A DNA stretch of 64,000 nucleotides from an uncultured Methanoregulaceae archaeon (GCA_963717525.1 OY970343.1:320001-384000), one strand, 5' to 3'; shown: positions 21,299 through 31,952, numbered from the stretch's first letter. Made by a program: numbers and translations. The notes: generated by a model from the letters alone, not told the origin.

Positions 21299-22771
21299 AA
21301 TTTTTTGAGAAGATCCTGATCGCCAACCGGGGCGAGATCGCGATCCGGGTCATGCGTGCCTGCCGGGAACTCGACATCGATACGGTGGCAATCTATTCCG
21401 AGGTGGACAAAAACGCCCTCCATGTGAAATATGCCGACGAGGCCTTCCCGGTGGGAGAGGCGCACCCGTCAAAGAGCTACCTCAACATGGACCGGATTGT
21501 CGACATCGCAAAAATGAGTGGTGCCGAGGCGATCCACCCGGGGTACGGTTTCCTTGCGGAGAACTACCGGTTTGCGAAGCTCTGCGCTGACGAAGGCGTG
21601 ATCTTCATTGGGCCCAAGTCAAAGACCATTCAGGCCATGGGCTCCAAGATAGGGAGCAAGCAGATGATGAAAAAGGCCGGTGTGCCGGTGCTCGCGGGGA
21701 CCGATGACGGTATCCGCGATATCGATACGGCAAAAAAGGTGGCAGCAGAGATCGGCTACCCGGTGATCGTCAAGGCAAGCGCTGGCGGCGGTGGTATCGG
21801 GATGCAGATCGTCACCGATGAGACCGCACTCGAAGAGGCGATCACCGGGAGCATGCGGATAGCACAGTCCGCGTTTGGCGATCCCACCGTCTTTATCGAG
21901 AAATACCTCGTCAAGCCACGGCATATCGAGTTCCAGGTGCTCGCCGATGAGCACGGCCACGCGGTCCACCTCTTTGACCGCGAGTGCTCCATCCAGCGCC
22001 GGCACCAGAAGCTGATCGAGGAGGCCCCCTCGGCGATTATGACTGATCGAGCTCCGGGCGCGCATGTCTGCTGCGGCGCTCAAGGTGGCGGAAGTATCAG
22101 ACTACACAAACGCCGGCTCGGTCGAGTTCCTGTACAGCAACGGGAACTTTTACTTCATGGAGATGAACACCCGGCTGCAGGTCGAGCATACCATCACCGA
22201 GTTCATCACGGGGATCGATCTTGTCAAACAGCAGATCGCCATTGCCGCCGGGGAGTCCCTGCCCTTTGACCAACAGGACATCTCGATCCGGGGCCACGCG
22301 ATAGAGTGCCGGATCAACGCGGAGGATCCGCTCAACAATTTTGCCGCGGACCCGGGCAAGATCCTCCGGTACCGCTCTCCGGGCGGTCCCGGTATCCGGG
22401 TGGACAGCGGCATCCACATGGGGTACATGATCCCGCCCAACTACGATTCGATGATAGCAAAACTCTGCGCATGGGACAGTACCCGGCCCGAGGTTATCAT
22501 GAGGATGCGCCGCGCGATCTCGGAGTACATCATCCTCGGGATCAGGACCACGCTCCCGCTCCATTACGCGATCATGAACAACCAGCAGTTCATCGAGGGC
22601 AACACCCATACCCACTTCCTGCAGGAGGAGCATATCATAAAGACGCTCGAACGGTACAAGACCGATGAGGAGGCACGGATGCAGACGCTTGCCGGTTCGT
22701 TCTCACAAGGCAACAAAGTGGCCGCGATCACGGCCGCGGTGAACGTGTACCTCCAGCAGAAAAAAGGCTGA
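21295..22771 (+). CDS. pycA: Pyruvate carboxylase subunit A (biotin carboxylase); frameshift near 22048
   Basis: [44 protein letters not shown]. Confidence 0.95.
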
Positions 22772-22837
22772 TACGTGCGTATCTTTCGTATCAGAACCTT
22801 TAAGAGTTTTTACGGTGTTGTAATTATGCACTTTCGT

Positions 22838-22956
22838 GCTGCGGTGGCCTAGCTGGTTAGGGCGCCAGACTCATAGGGTTTACTCCATGCACCACTCTTC
22901 GTGCGTGAGAACTTTGGGATATCTGGAGATCGTGGGATCGTAACCCACCCGCAGCA
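22838..22956 (+). tRNA. tRNA-Met (CAT), elongator type, with 45-nt intron at position 37/38 (22876-22920)
   Basis: Acceptor GCTGCGG/CCGCAGC, anticodon stem CCAGA/TCTGG, loop CT-CAT-A, BHB-like junction (CTCA pairing with TGGG). Confidence 0.9.
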
Positions 22957-23159
22957 TCTTTTGTCTTCTTTTGGTGACGGCATTTTCATGTGTGGTCTTC
23001 TTGGTTTTTGTACCGGTTGCTCTCCTTCATGTGATTTGATTATGCATCGGGCGATCCGGGGAATGTGGTGTACACTACATAGCCTTTTCAGGATTACCCT
23101 TATTTCATGCTCCTTTTTGCTCTGTAGAAAACCTTTTTTTAAGAGATATAGCCCCCCTT

Positions 23160-23315
23160 ATGCCAGCCCTGCCCCCAAAGGGGACGGGGGCGTGAGTGAT
23201 GCTCTTGTATTACCCGCACAAGAAACATCCCCCTCTTTGCATCTCTGTGTTGCAGGTACTACGGCACTATCGCAACCGGGGGATGCAAGGCGGCGGGGAC
23301 TTTAGTCCCCAGGAG
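23160..23315. repeat. GC-rich multi-hairpin intergenic element
   Basis: Hairpin 23166-23191, CATCCCCC/GGGGGATG stem (23226-23233/23278-23285), GGGGAC-TTTA-GTCCCC (23295-23310). Confidence 0.45.
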
Positions 23316-23482
23316 CGAAACTTATCAATCTCATTTCAGGATTTCTTCGGAGCTCTCCTTTCTGATGATAATATATCCCCGGAATGTCATTTTGTCGTGG
23401 ATCCTGCGGATTCTTTCCTTCCGTCCGGGGATATATTTATGTGCCGCGTGAGCGCACAGGAATAATCAGAAGAGGTACTCAG

Positions 23483-23983
23483 ATGATTCTCTTGACTGCA
23501 GTTGTCGGACTTATCCAGTTGATCGTCGCGGTCATTCTTGCGGCGGTGGCACTCTATATCGGGTTCTCTGTCTTTGGCAGGATCACCGGGGATATAGACG
23601 AGCAGCAGGAACTTGCAAAAGGGAATGTCGCATTCGGCATTGTCGTTGCTGCAATCTTTGTCGCCATTGCCGTGGTTGTCCAGTCCGGTATCACCGGTAT
23701 TGCGGTCGGCGTCAGCAAGGCTTCGGCAGCCGGGCTGATGTCCGTGGACGGGCTGACGATAATCGGTATCGCGATCATCCAGCTGGTGCTGGGTGTCATC
23801 CTTGCCATCGTAGCAATCTATCTCGCCCTGACCGTCCTTGACAAGCTCGCCACCGGCCTCCACCAATTCGAGGAACTCAAGAAAGGCAACATAGCGGTTG
23901 CACTCGAGATGGCCGGCGTCATCATTGCGGTTGCCCTGATCATCCAGTCCGGTATTGTCGGCATCACGGCAGCGCTGGGCTGA
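23483..23983 (+). CDS. DUF350-like membrane protein (internal duplication)
   Basis: Two repeats of TM-(D/Q)xxxELxKGN(V/I)A-TM. Confidence 0.8.
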   Translation: MILLTAVVGLIQLIVAVILAAVALYIGFSVFGRITGDIDEQQELAKGNVAFGIVVAAIFVAIAVVVQSGITGIAVGVSKASAAGLMSVDGLTIIGIAIIQLVLGVILAIVAIYLALTVLDKLATGLHQFEELKKGNIAVALEMAGVIIAVALIIQSGIVGITAALG

Positions 23984-24118
23984 TCTGCCTCACTTTTTAT
24001 CCGGTAATGTTCCGGTCTCGAGCCGGGCTTCACGTTTTTTCCCATAATCTTTGACGGTAATCCTCTTATCACCGAATGTCCCGGTCGAATACGGGAGGTC
24101 ATGCAGGGAAGAACCAGC

Positions 24119-25345
24119 CTATTTCCCGTGCAGGTTGATCAGCCGGATCAGCTCGGAGAAGCCTTCCAATTCCATCGCAAGCACCTCACGGCGGTTCATG
24201 CCCATGCTCGTCTCGGCATCTGCCGTGAGCTGGTCCGGTCCCCGGACCACTTCACGGTCTGTCCCGTCCCGGCTCAGAATCTTTTGTGCTTCTGCATCGT
24301 AAACGAATGCCCGGCCCGGGATGATGACCGCTGGTTGTAGGTGTGAAGGATCAATCTCTCTGAGATCGTCCTCCGTAATAAGGCAGGCGATCTCCTTTTG
24401 CACCGGGATCACGGGGGCGGTTGCCCCGCGTGCCGATAAAATCTCGCTGATAAAGGGTGCGGCTACGGAGCCGGTGATGACCGACGCTTTGCGCTGGACC
24501 CGGGGGAGTTTTTTCAGGAGCGCCGGTTCGTGCAGGATCGCGAACGGCGATCCGATCTCCGGGTCCCAGAGCGGTGTGCCGGAGATCTTCATTTTGAATG
24601 TACTGTTCAGGTCGCTGACCAGATCCCGGAACGATTCTACGGACTGCACTGTCTGGTCTTTGAGGACCGGCGCGTTTTCGAGGATGAGCCCCTGCTCTGT
24701 GGCATTCGCAAACCGCATGAGGATGAGCCCTTTCGCCCCGCGTTCTTCGAGCCACGCGCAGGTATGTTCGAGCACCTCGCCGTCGTTTACCCCGGGCAGC
24801 ACAACCGCTGCGGCATAGACATCTGCAGCGCCGCAAAGCCGTTCGAGGATAGCAAGCGAAGCGTCGGGAGTCGGGTCATGCATCCACCGCTTCCGCAGGG
24901 CCGGATCTGCGGCAAAGACGGTAAATGAGCACTCGGCAAGGCCGTTATCGATGAGAAGGTCGGCGATCTTTACGTCGTCCCAGCCCTTGCCGCTGGTGTA
25001 CCCGATATGGAGTGGCGCTCCTGTTGCACCAAGCAGCTCGATGAGATCCGTAAACTTCGGGTAGCAGCTGGGGTCACCGCCGCCGCTGATCGTGATCCGG
25101 TCGAGATCCCCGGTCTTTGTCTGGAGGGCGGCGAGGGTCTCCTGTGCGATGGTCCGCAGGTCCTTGAAGCCTGCATATTCCTCACGGACGCCCTTGGTGC
25201 AGTAGTCGCATCCTTTCTTGAAGGGAAGGCAGTACCGGCACCCGAATGCCCGGGAGGTCTTTACACGTTTGAAGTAGCAGTACTCGCAGAACCCCCGGCA
25301 GTCCACCCCTGCCCGTCCTCCGATATCCACCGTGAGCTGAGCCAT
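24119..25345 (-). CDS. mmp10: Methanogenesis marker 10, radical SAM MCR arginine methyltransferase
   Basis: VDIGGRAGVDCRGFCEYCYF, CRYC...CDYC, SGGGDPSCYP, HIGYTSGKG. Confidence 0.92.
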   Translation of the reverse strand: MAQLTVDIGGRAGVDCRGFCEYCYFKRVKTSRAFGCRYCLPFKKGCDYCTKGVREEYAGFKDLRTIAQETLAALQTKTGDLDRITISGGGDPSCYPKFTDLIELLGATGAPLHIGYTSGKGWDDVKIADLLIDNGLAECSFTVFAADPALRKRWMHDPTPDASLAILERLCGAADVYAAAVVLPGVNDGEVLEHTCAWLEERGAKGLILMRFANATEQGLILENAPVLKDQTVQSVESFRDLVSDLNSTFKMKISGTPLWDPEIGSPFAILHEPALLKKLPRVQRKASVITGSVAAPFISEILSARGATAPVIPVQKEIACLITEDDLREIDPSHLQPAVIIPGRAFVYDAEAQKILSRDGTDREVVRGPDQLTADAETSMGMNRREVLAMELEGFSELIRLINLHGK

Positions 25346-25530
25346 TTGCTGGTACATTACTCATCCCGGTGCGTATAATGCATTTGGAATTGCACAGTAA
25401 GGTCGATGTTCGCGTCGTTCATGCGGCAGGTATCCAAAGATTACTTTTGTTTCCCGGGAAAGTTCAACAGACGGGAAAATCCGAAAACCAGCACCACATT
25501 TTTTACCCCTCGCGGTCTATTGTATATGGC

Positions 25531-25603
25531 GCCTCAGTGGCTTAGCTGGCAGAGCGGCTGACTTGTAATCAGCAGGTCCCGTGTTCAAATCACGGCTGGG
25601 GCT
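25531..25603 (+). tRNA. tRNA-Thr (TGT)
   Basis: GCCTCAG/CTGGGGC acceptor, GCTGA-CT-TGT-AA-TCAGC anticodon arm, GTTCAAAT T-loop. Confidence 0.95.
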
Positions 25604-26001
25604 TTGTCCGATTTCTATTTGGATCTTATTTTACCTTTTTTCACTGATTGCTCTGGTTTAAACCCCGGGATGGATGATATTTCGATGATCGAAGATAGTG
25701 TTGATGTTGTTGGCAGATTTGGGTCGTTTAAACCCGCTCATCTGATGCGATAAAAAATCCCCCCTCACCATTTTAGAGATTAATGTTCTTTCCCATCAGT
25801 GAGGGAGCATACCTCAAAGGAAACTGACGAGTGAAAAGGGGCATGGCAGAATCTCTTCGCTTTATCGGATACCGGTCAAAAGAGTATCTATAAAGCCAAT
25901 GATGCAAAAAAATCAATTCCAGAATGAATGTCTCCTTTCCAATGACGCATGGGGATGGACAACAGGAGTAGTCAGGAGGATAAAGCATCCCTGCAGACAC
26001 A

Positions 26002-26370
26002 TTGTCCCTGGTATGTGAAGGGCTGACCAAGATCTATGCGGGGAATCCCGTCCCGGCCCTGAACTCCGTCAGCTTCACCCTTCCCACCCGGGGCGTATTC
26101 GTCCTCATCGGGAGGAATGGTTCGGGGAAGACCACACTGGTCCGCATCCTGGCCACCAACCTCGAGGCTACCGCAGGAACCGCCACGCTCAACGGCATTG
26201 ACGTGATGTCGGAACCGGATCAAATCCGGGAGCGGATCGCCATCGTGCCCCAGGAGGCCCGGCCCATCCCCTGGATGACTCCCCTGCAGTCAGTGCTCTC
26301 CTATCTCCCTGGCGGGGGCTTCCTATACCGAAGCGAAGCAAAAGGCCTGCGAGGTGCTGGACCGACTTAA
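26002..26370 (+). pseudogene. Truncated ABC transporter ATP-binding gene
   Basis: GRNGSGKTT and Q-loop present; no signature or Walker B motif, no permease downstream. Confidence 0.7.
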
Positions 26371-26548
26371 GTTCGGTAAATACTGCAGTCTATTTGAGTG
26401 CTGTACCGTGAGATTGAAGAAAGGTGATGATGATGCCTGAAACATGGCACAAAAGTCTGATCCTGGTGACTCATCAACAATTGCAGACCATCTCCCGTTG
26501 AGTTAAGCTCAGAAAAGATGGGGTGCTCAAGAACGATGCAAGTTATAC

Positions 26549-26760
26549 ATGGAAAAATTGCCAACAAGCAGAATTCCTGTAACTGAAGAAATTTGGGAAT
26601 CTCTATCGAGAACTAAGGATAACCGGGCTCAAACGTACTGATCTCTCTCCTGTCGGAACATGATTGCATTACAGACAGGAGCATCGATTTTCTGGCCCAT
26701 CTCGAAGAAGCTCCAACGAAAACCGCTGGGAAGATTTATGACCTTGGATGAGAGTCTGCC
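26549..26760 (+). pseudogene. Degenerate archaeal antitoxin-like gene
   Basis: MEKLPTSRIPVTEEIWESLSRTKDNRAQTY then stop/frameshifts; resembles small antitoxins such as 29167-29427. Confidence 0.4.
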
Positions 26761-27576
26761 AACGAACTCAAAATCGGGAAAAAAACTCTCAGAAGAATAT
26801 CTATGGCGATGATTTTGCCTTTTCAAAATCCATAAGGCGAAGGCCTCTAATATCTGGAGTGCTGCTGCTTGTTTTATAGCTTCGACTAACAGGCAACAAC
26901 GCTCTCCACAAACGAGCGCATCTCCAGGTATCGCCGAAAAATTCAGCGAACAGATCTACGGTTTTCTCCACTATCCCTGTTGGAACGATCCTATCACCTA
27001 CATCCCCCTTCGCCTTCCGCTATCTGGCCTACCTCTCCCCTACCACTGTATGCGGCTGCATGTCAGGGCGATGCGGGTACACTGTCCCTTTCTTTGACCA
27101 CTTCACAACGACTGGACTGTCTTATCGCCGTCACGATAGCGCTTCCGACTGGCCAAGACCAAGGCGATGGTGGAGGTATTTCTAGAATGGTTACGATGGA
27201 AGCGCCATTGAACAAAAAATTGGAATTATTCACAATCACTGTTGGGGCTTTTTTGTTTTCCCGGATGGAAGAATCCTTGCAGGATCTCCGGGCGACAATA
27301 TGGTGTGGCATGCATTTTCCCAATGATCTCCATCTGTCGACTGCGTTTATTCACTCCGGTAACCATGCCTTCTCTGCTGAGCAACAGGCGCTGGCGTCCT
27401 TTTTTCACTTCTCTGCCGAAATCGGATCCAATAGTCCGCAGGTGCTCCCATAATTTCCCGGTAATGGTGCTGGTTTTCCCGCAATTCAAATAATAATATT
27501 TATATGGGGCAAAGGGAAATAATCAGTTTATACAGTGTCATATCCGGCAGCGGATATGGGTATTGGAGTGTTTTGT

Positions 27577-28027
27577 ATGGTATTTACCAGAAAAAATGAA
27601 GAAGCAGTATCACCGGTCATCGGCGTCATCCTGATGGTCGCCATCACCGTGATCCTCGCAGCGGTCATCGCTGCATTCGTGTTCGGCATGGCCGGGAATA
27701 TCCAGAAGACCAAAGTCGTTGCGGCGACGATTGCAAGGCCCAATGCAGTCTTGTGTCATTGTGACCTACCAGGGTGGTCAGGATGCAGGGACCTGGGTGG
27801 TATTACTTCACCGTAGATGGAGCAAATGCTACAATTCAACCGGCGGCACCTGACAGCAACACTATTATCGGATCGGAATCAATAGTATTGATACTGATGC
27901 GGACGCCCGGCTATTTACCTGTCGGGGCAACATACTGTATCTTAAACGCGCCCATAAAAACCACGTAGTGGCGGTTGGGGATTTCACTGATGGAACCACT
28001 CAGGTTATTGTTGATACCACCATCTAA
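27577..28027 (+). CDS. Archaeal type IV pilin (DUF1628), several frameshifts (pseudogene or read errors)
   Basis: KNEEAVSPVIGVILMVAITVILAAVIAAFVFG; shifted frames give VTYQGGQDA and HVVAVGDFTDGTTQVIVDTTI. Confidence 0.8.
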
Positions 28028-28268
28028 TCTTTTTTTCATCCACATTCGTTTCTGTTTATTGTTACCGATGTACGTTCTCCCCCATGGGGCCACGATCACA
28101 TCTCGTTCTCTCTGCATTATTTTCCGGGAACGCTGACGTGCTATCCCTGTTCTGTGACCGTAACTCTGAGAAAACGCTTAGCCCCGTATGCGGGACGATC
28201 GAAAAGATCTGGTGCATACCTGTCGGTCCTCTGCGAAAGTATTCGCAAAAATTCCCGAATGTTCCGGA

Positions 28269-28657
28269 AAACCCGGCCCGACAGGAAAGCATTTTGCCCG
28301 CCCGGTTCTTTTCAATGAAGAGAAAAAAAGTCCGGGACCGGGCACTACGCAGCCGGGATCGCAAAGGAGCCAGCATGAAAGGAAAACAACCGGAAAATCT
28401 CCGCACCGCATGGATCGACTGCGCACACCGGATGGGATATTTCTGCGCAGAAAACAACGAGACCTCATTGCCCTTTGACGGCCTGATGTACCGCGACGCG
28501 GTCGTGGTGGCCGTGAAACTCAAAAAGGTCCGGTACAGCCCCGGCGAAGATTTCCACCTGGAGAAAAAATTCCCGGGCGAGGTTCGGGCACTCCGTACCC
28601 TCCCTCTCCCTTCCACCGTGGCCCGCGAGCTCTGGCTCCGGACCCAGGACGAGCGGG
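28269..28657 (+). repeat. Direct repeat copy 1 (~390 bp), carrying a truncated copy (from ATG 28375) of the 29844-30302 gene
   Basis: Near-identical to 29741-30126; diverges abruptly after ...GAGCGGG. Confidence 0.92.
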
Positions 28658-28895
28658 AGTGTCTTTGGGGTTGCGGGGGGCATCGCACGGGGACAGGGAG
28701 ATAAACCCCGCCACGTATCGCCCGGCTCTGTTTGCCGGGAAAGATACGGGCCGCATGCGAAAGAATTGTAGAGGGAAATCTCAAAAAACCCCTTTGGCCT
28801 AGAGTATTTTTTGGCAGATCGAACGGGGGCGTATGGCAAAATGAAAAAAACACGTCATTCAGAAACCTTGTGAGAACATACGATGTCCGGGATAT

Positions 28896-29162
28896 CTAGT
28901 ATTCAAAATTTTTCTTTTTTCCGACAGTGATAATTTCGATGAGAAGCATATCGTGATAGATATAGAATGTCGCCCGGTATTCCCCGATACGGATTCGGTA
29001 CCGTGGTGCAATCTTCGGGCTATCCCTGACTTTTACCACATCGTGCCGGAGATTCGGGTGTGCGGCAAACTCTTCTAATTTCAGCTCAATGTGGATACGG
29101 TCATTTTGGGGGATCTTTGCAAGGTCTTTCTCCGCCTTTCGTGACACCTTGATCTGATACAC
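28896..29162 (-). CDS. RelE/ParE family type II toxin
   Basis: YQIKVSRKAEKDL...YRIRIGEYRATF...VGKKKNFEY. Confidence 0.88.
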   Translation of the reverse strand: MYQIKVSRKAEKDLAKIPQNDRIHIELKLEEFAAHPNLRHDVVKVRDSPKIAPRYRIRIGEYRATFYIYHDMLLIEIITVGKKKNFEY

Positions 29163-29166
29163 AAAA

Positions 29167-29427
29167 TCACGAAGTCCTGGACTCGATCACTTTATCATCT
29201 CCGAGTTCTCTCATAATTTCCCGGAGCGGGCGGACACGACCGGCCTTGATATCAGCGATCCCTTCTTCCATCGCTTCGATCTCTTCCGGCGTCAAGGGCT
29301 CATCATCATACGCAGCTTCAGCTAAACGACGGACCACATCATCGTAGGTCTCACGCGGATTCAGTTTCAGATCGTCAAGGAGCGCCTTGGTATCGGTTCG
29401 CATTCTCACAGAGGTTACCTGGGGCAT
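29167..29427 (-). CDS. Cognate antitoxin
   Basis: MPQVTSVRM...PRETYDDVVRRL...IEAMEEGIADIKAGRV, directly upstream of the toxin. Confidence 0.85.
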   Translation of the reverse strand: MPQVTSVRMRTDTKALLDDLKLNPRETYDDVVRRLAEAAYDDEPLTPEEIEAMEEGIADIKAGRVRPLREIMRELGDDKVIESRTS

Positions 29428-29740
29428 ATGCTGATGTATATGTGTGTATATGCTGATAAGGATATTCTTTCTGGCTAATGGCGAGGTTAATCTCTGATCT
29501 CCGACAAGGTGAACAGATTCAGAATTCGGCCGGTGTTCCCGGTATGCTTTCCCGGCATTGATCTGTTTCTGGATCCAAGTGGCGATTTTCCTGCCCATCT
29601 GTTTTTTTATTTTAAATCCCTGTGACTTAAGAGGTATTACCTGTTGTCCGGGGCCCCGTGTTTATGGAAAGGCGCGGAGTCCATCCTGCAAGAAAAGAAA
29701 AAAAATTGAACCTGAATACGCCGTACTGAGGGAGCCAGGC

Positions 29741-30126
29741 AAACCCGGCCCTACAGGAAAGCATTTTGCTCGCCCGGTTGTTCTTTAGAGAATACAAAAA
29801 TCCGGGACCGTTACTACGCAACCGGGATCGCAAAGGAACCCGCATGAAAGGAAAACAACCGGAGAATCTCCGTACCTCATGGATCGATTGCGCACACCGG
29901 ATGGGATATTTCTGCGCGGAGAACAACGAGACCTCATTGCCCTTTGACGGCCTGATGTACCGCGACGCGGTCGTGGTGGCCGTGAAACTCAAAAAAGTCC
30001 GGTACAGCCCGGGAGAGGATTTCATCCTAGAGAAAAAATTCCCGGACGAGGTTGCGGCGCTCCGTACCCTCCCTCTCCCTTCCACCGTGGCCCGCGAGAT
30101 CTGGCTCCGTACCCAGAACGAGCGGG
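29741..30126 (+). repeat. Direct repeat copy 2
   Basis: Near-identical to 28269-28657. Confidence 0.92.
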
Positions 30127-30302
30127 CGTTCCGTCGGTTCTACGTAATGGGAGACACCACCGCCGAGATCGAGGAACTTACGTGGGAGGGTTACCGGAAC
30201 CCCCATTACAGGGAGGCGTACTGGAAGAAGGCGCCGTACCGGATCAATATCCTGTTCGGAAAGGAGGGGAAGGGAGAGAATGGATCTCCAAAAACCCCGT
30301 AA
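29844..30302 (+). CDS. Hypothetical protein, possible PD-(D/E)XK/Hjc-like fold
   Basis: Intact 152-aa ORF; AHRMGY...LPFDGLMYRDAVVVAVKLK pattern. Confidence 0.6.
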   Translation: MKGKQPENLRTSWIDCAHRMGYFCAENNETSLPFDGLMYRDAVVVAVKLKKVRYSPGEDFILEKKFPDEVAALRTLPLPSTVAREIWLRTQNERAFRRFYVMGDTTAEIEELTWEGYRNPHYREAYWKKAPYRINILFGKEGKGENGSPKTP

Positions 30303-30746
30303 AATGCCCGGATTGGCAAACGGACGATCCCGTTTTCATGCTGGAGTGGAAATGATGTCCACGCCGATGAAAGATCCTGTTTTATCGGGGTATTTTTGGG
30401 AAAGAAGATATATTCGGGGTTTTTAAACCTGCAATACCGGGCCGTTTTAACGCCCCCTTTTTTGGGAAGGGGCTTTTGGCCATCTGTCCCTGCCGGAGCC
30501 TGCCGGAGGGCTGCTTTGACTGTTGTCCGGATCCCGCTCATCTCCCTGTCTGACAGTCTCCCCGTTCAGGTTTCATTTATCCCGGGAAAGTATTTCCAGA
30601 CAATCCACCCCGTTCACTTTTTCCTTGTCGGTCGTTGAAAAAGAAACCATACCCAGTTCCTCTTCACCATATTCCCGGGATGTTGTTCCCCCCCTTCATA
30701 TATCAGAATACCTTTAATGATACAAAATCGTAAATAATAGTGTTTT

Positions 30747-31933
30747 ATGTCTGATTCAACGGAATCCATGAATTTTGAGTTTAATCTCCGGACGAATGCA
30801 AAATTCGGAGCCGGGAAAGCAACACAACTTTCCCGATTTTTGAAGGAACTGTCACTTTCCCGTCCTGGTGTGATTGTCGATGGCGGGATCGCAGGGCTGC
30901 CCTATACAAAAAAAGTCATTGAAGGGCTGGTGAACGATCCGGATCTTTGCGTAAAAGTCTGGACCTACGATCTCAACCACGAGCCTGACTATGATTCCCT
31001 GGATCGGATCAAACGGCACTTTACCGATGCCGGGAAAAAAGCCCTTGTGGACTGCTTTATCGGGATTGGCGGGGGAAGCGTTATCGATTTTGCCAAGGGG
31101 CTGTCAACGGTTCTGGTGAACCCGGGCAATGCCGTGGAGTATAAGGGATTCCCGACAAGCATCAATCCATCGCTTCCCACCATTGCTCTTCCCACAACTG
31201 CAGGTACCGGCAGCGAGGTAACCTACAATGCCGTGTTTACGGACAATTCGAAAATGAAAAAACTCGGGATAAATACCCGGAACAATTACCCGGTGCTTGC
31301 CGTTCTCGACCCCCTGTTCACGGTGAACAGCCCGCGATCGGTCACGGTCTCATCCGGATGGACGCGCTTGTACATACTCTTGAAAGCTATGCAGCGGTTC
31401 AATCGAATCCCCTGAACCGGATTTTTTCAAGGGAGGCCTTCCGCGTATTATTCAAAAACCTCTCCCTTGTTACCGACCACCCGGAGGATACGGGGATCCG
31501 GGCGCAGTTACAGTATGGGGCCTACCTTGCCGGAATCTCCCTTATCAATTCGGGCTCCGGCCCTTCAGGGGCGCTCTCGTATCCTCTTGGAGTTCATTTC
31601 AAGGTCCCCCACGGCATTGCCGGTGCGGTGTTCCTTCCGCATGTCATCCGGCATAATGTGGAAGCCGGGTATGATTACAGCGAACTCTATAACCTTATCG
31701 AAGGCGCAGATCATACCCTGTCCGGATCGATGAAAAACAAGATCTTTGCAGACAGGATAAATGGACTCTGTAAAAAACTTGAGGTTCCCGGGAACCTGAG
31801 GGTTTTCGGGGTCACAAAAGATACAGTACATCTTCTGGTAGATGAGATCGATTCGCTGGATCGGGCATTTGCCCAGAATCCGGTCCCATTTACTGTTGAA
31901 GACGGGAAAAAATTGGTTTTAAATATGGTCTAA
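30747..31933 (+). CDS. Iron-containing alcohol dehydrogenase, KdnB-like by context; frameshift near 31357
   Basis: GIGGGSVIDFAK, LPTTAGTGSEVT, MDALVHTLES, VPHG. Confidence 0.85.
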
Positions 31934-31952
31934 GCAAAAAGGGGGAATTTCT

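Noticed and set aside
13505..22771. Split rtcB, pycB, pycA as pseudogenes or programmed frameshifts
   Set aside because: Single-base indels in housekeeping genes with all motifs intact; sequencing error is simpler
22838..22956. Initiator tRNA-Met call
   Set aside because: G1-C72 pair and no three consecutive G-C anticodon-stem pairs; fits an elongator tRNA
25656..25735. Two GTTTAAACCC copies 70 bp apart after tRNA-Thr (mini-CRISPR or att site)
   Set aside because: Only about 10 bp shared and only two copies; insufficient support
26800..27490. ORFs or intron/IS remnant in this spacer
   Set aside because: No recognisable protein motifs, group II intron domain V or terminal repeats
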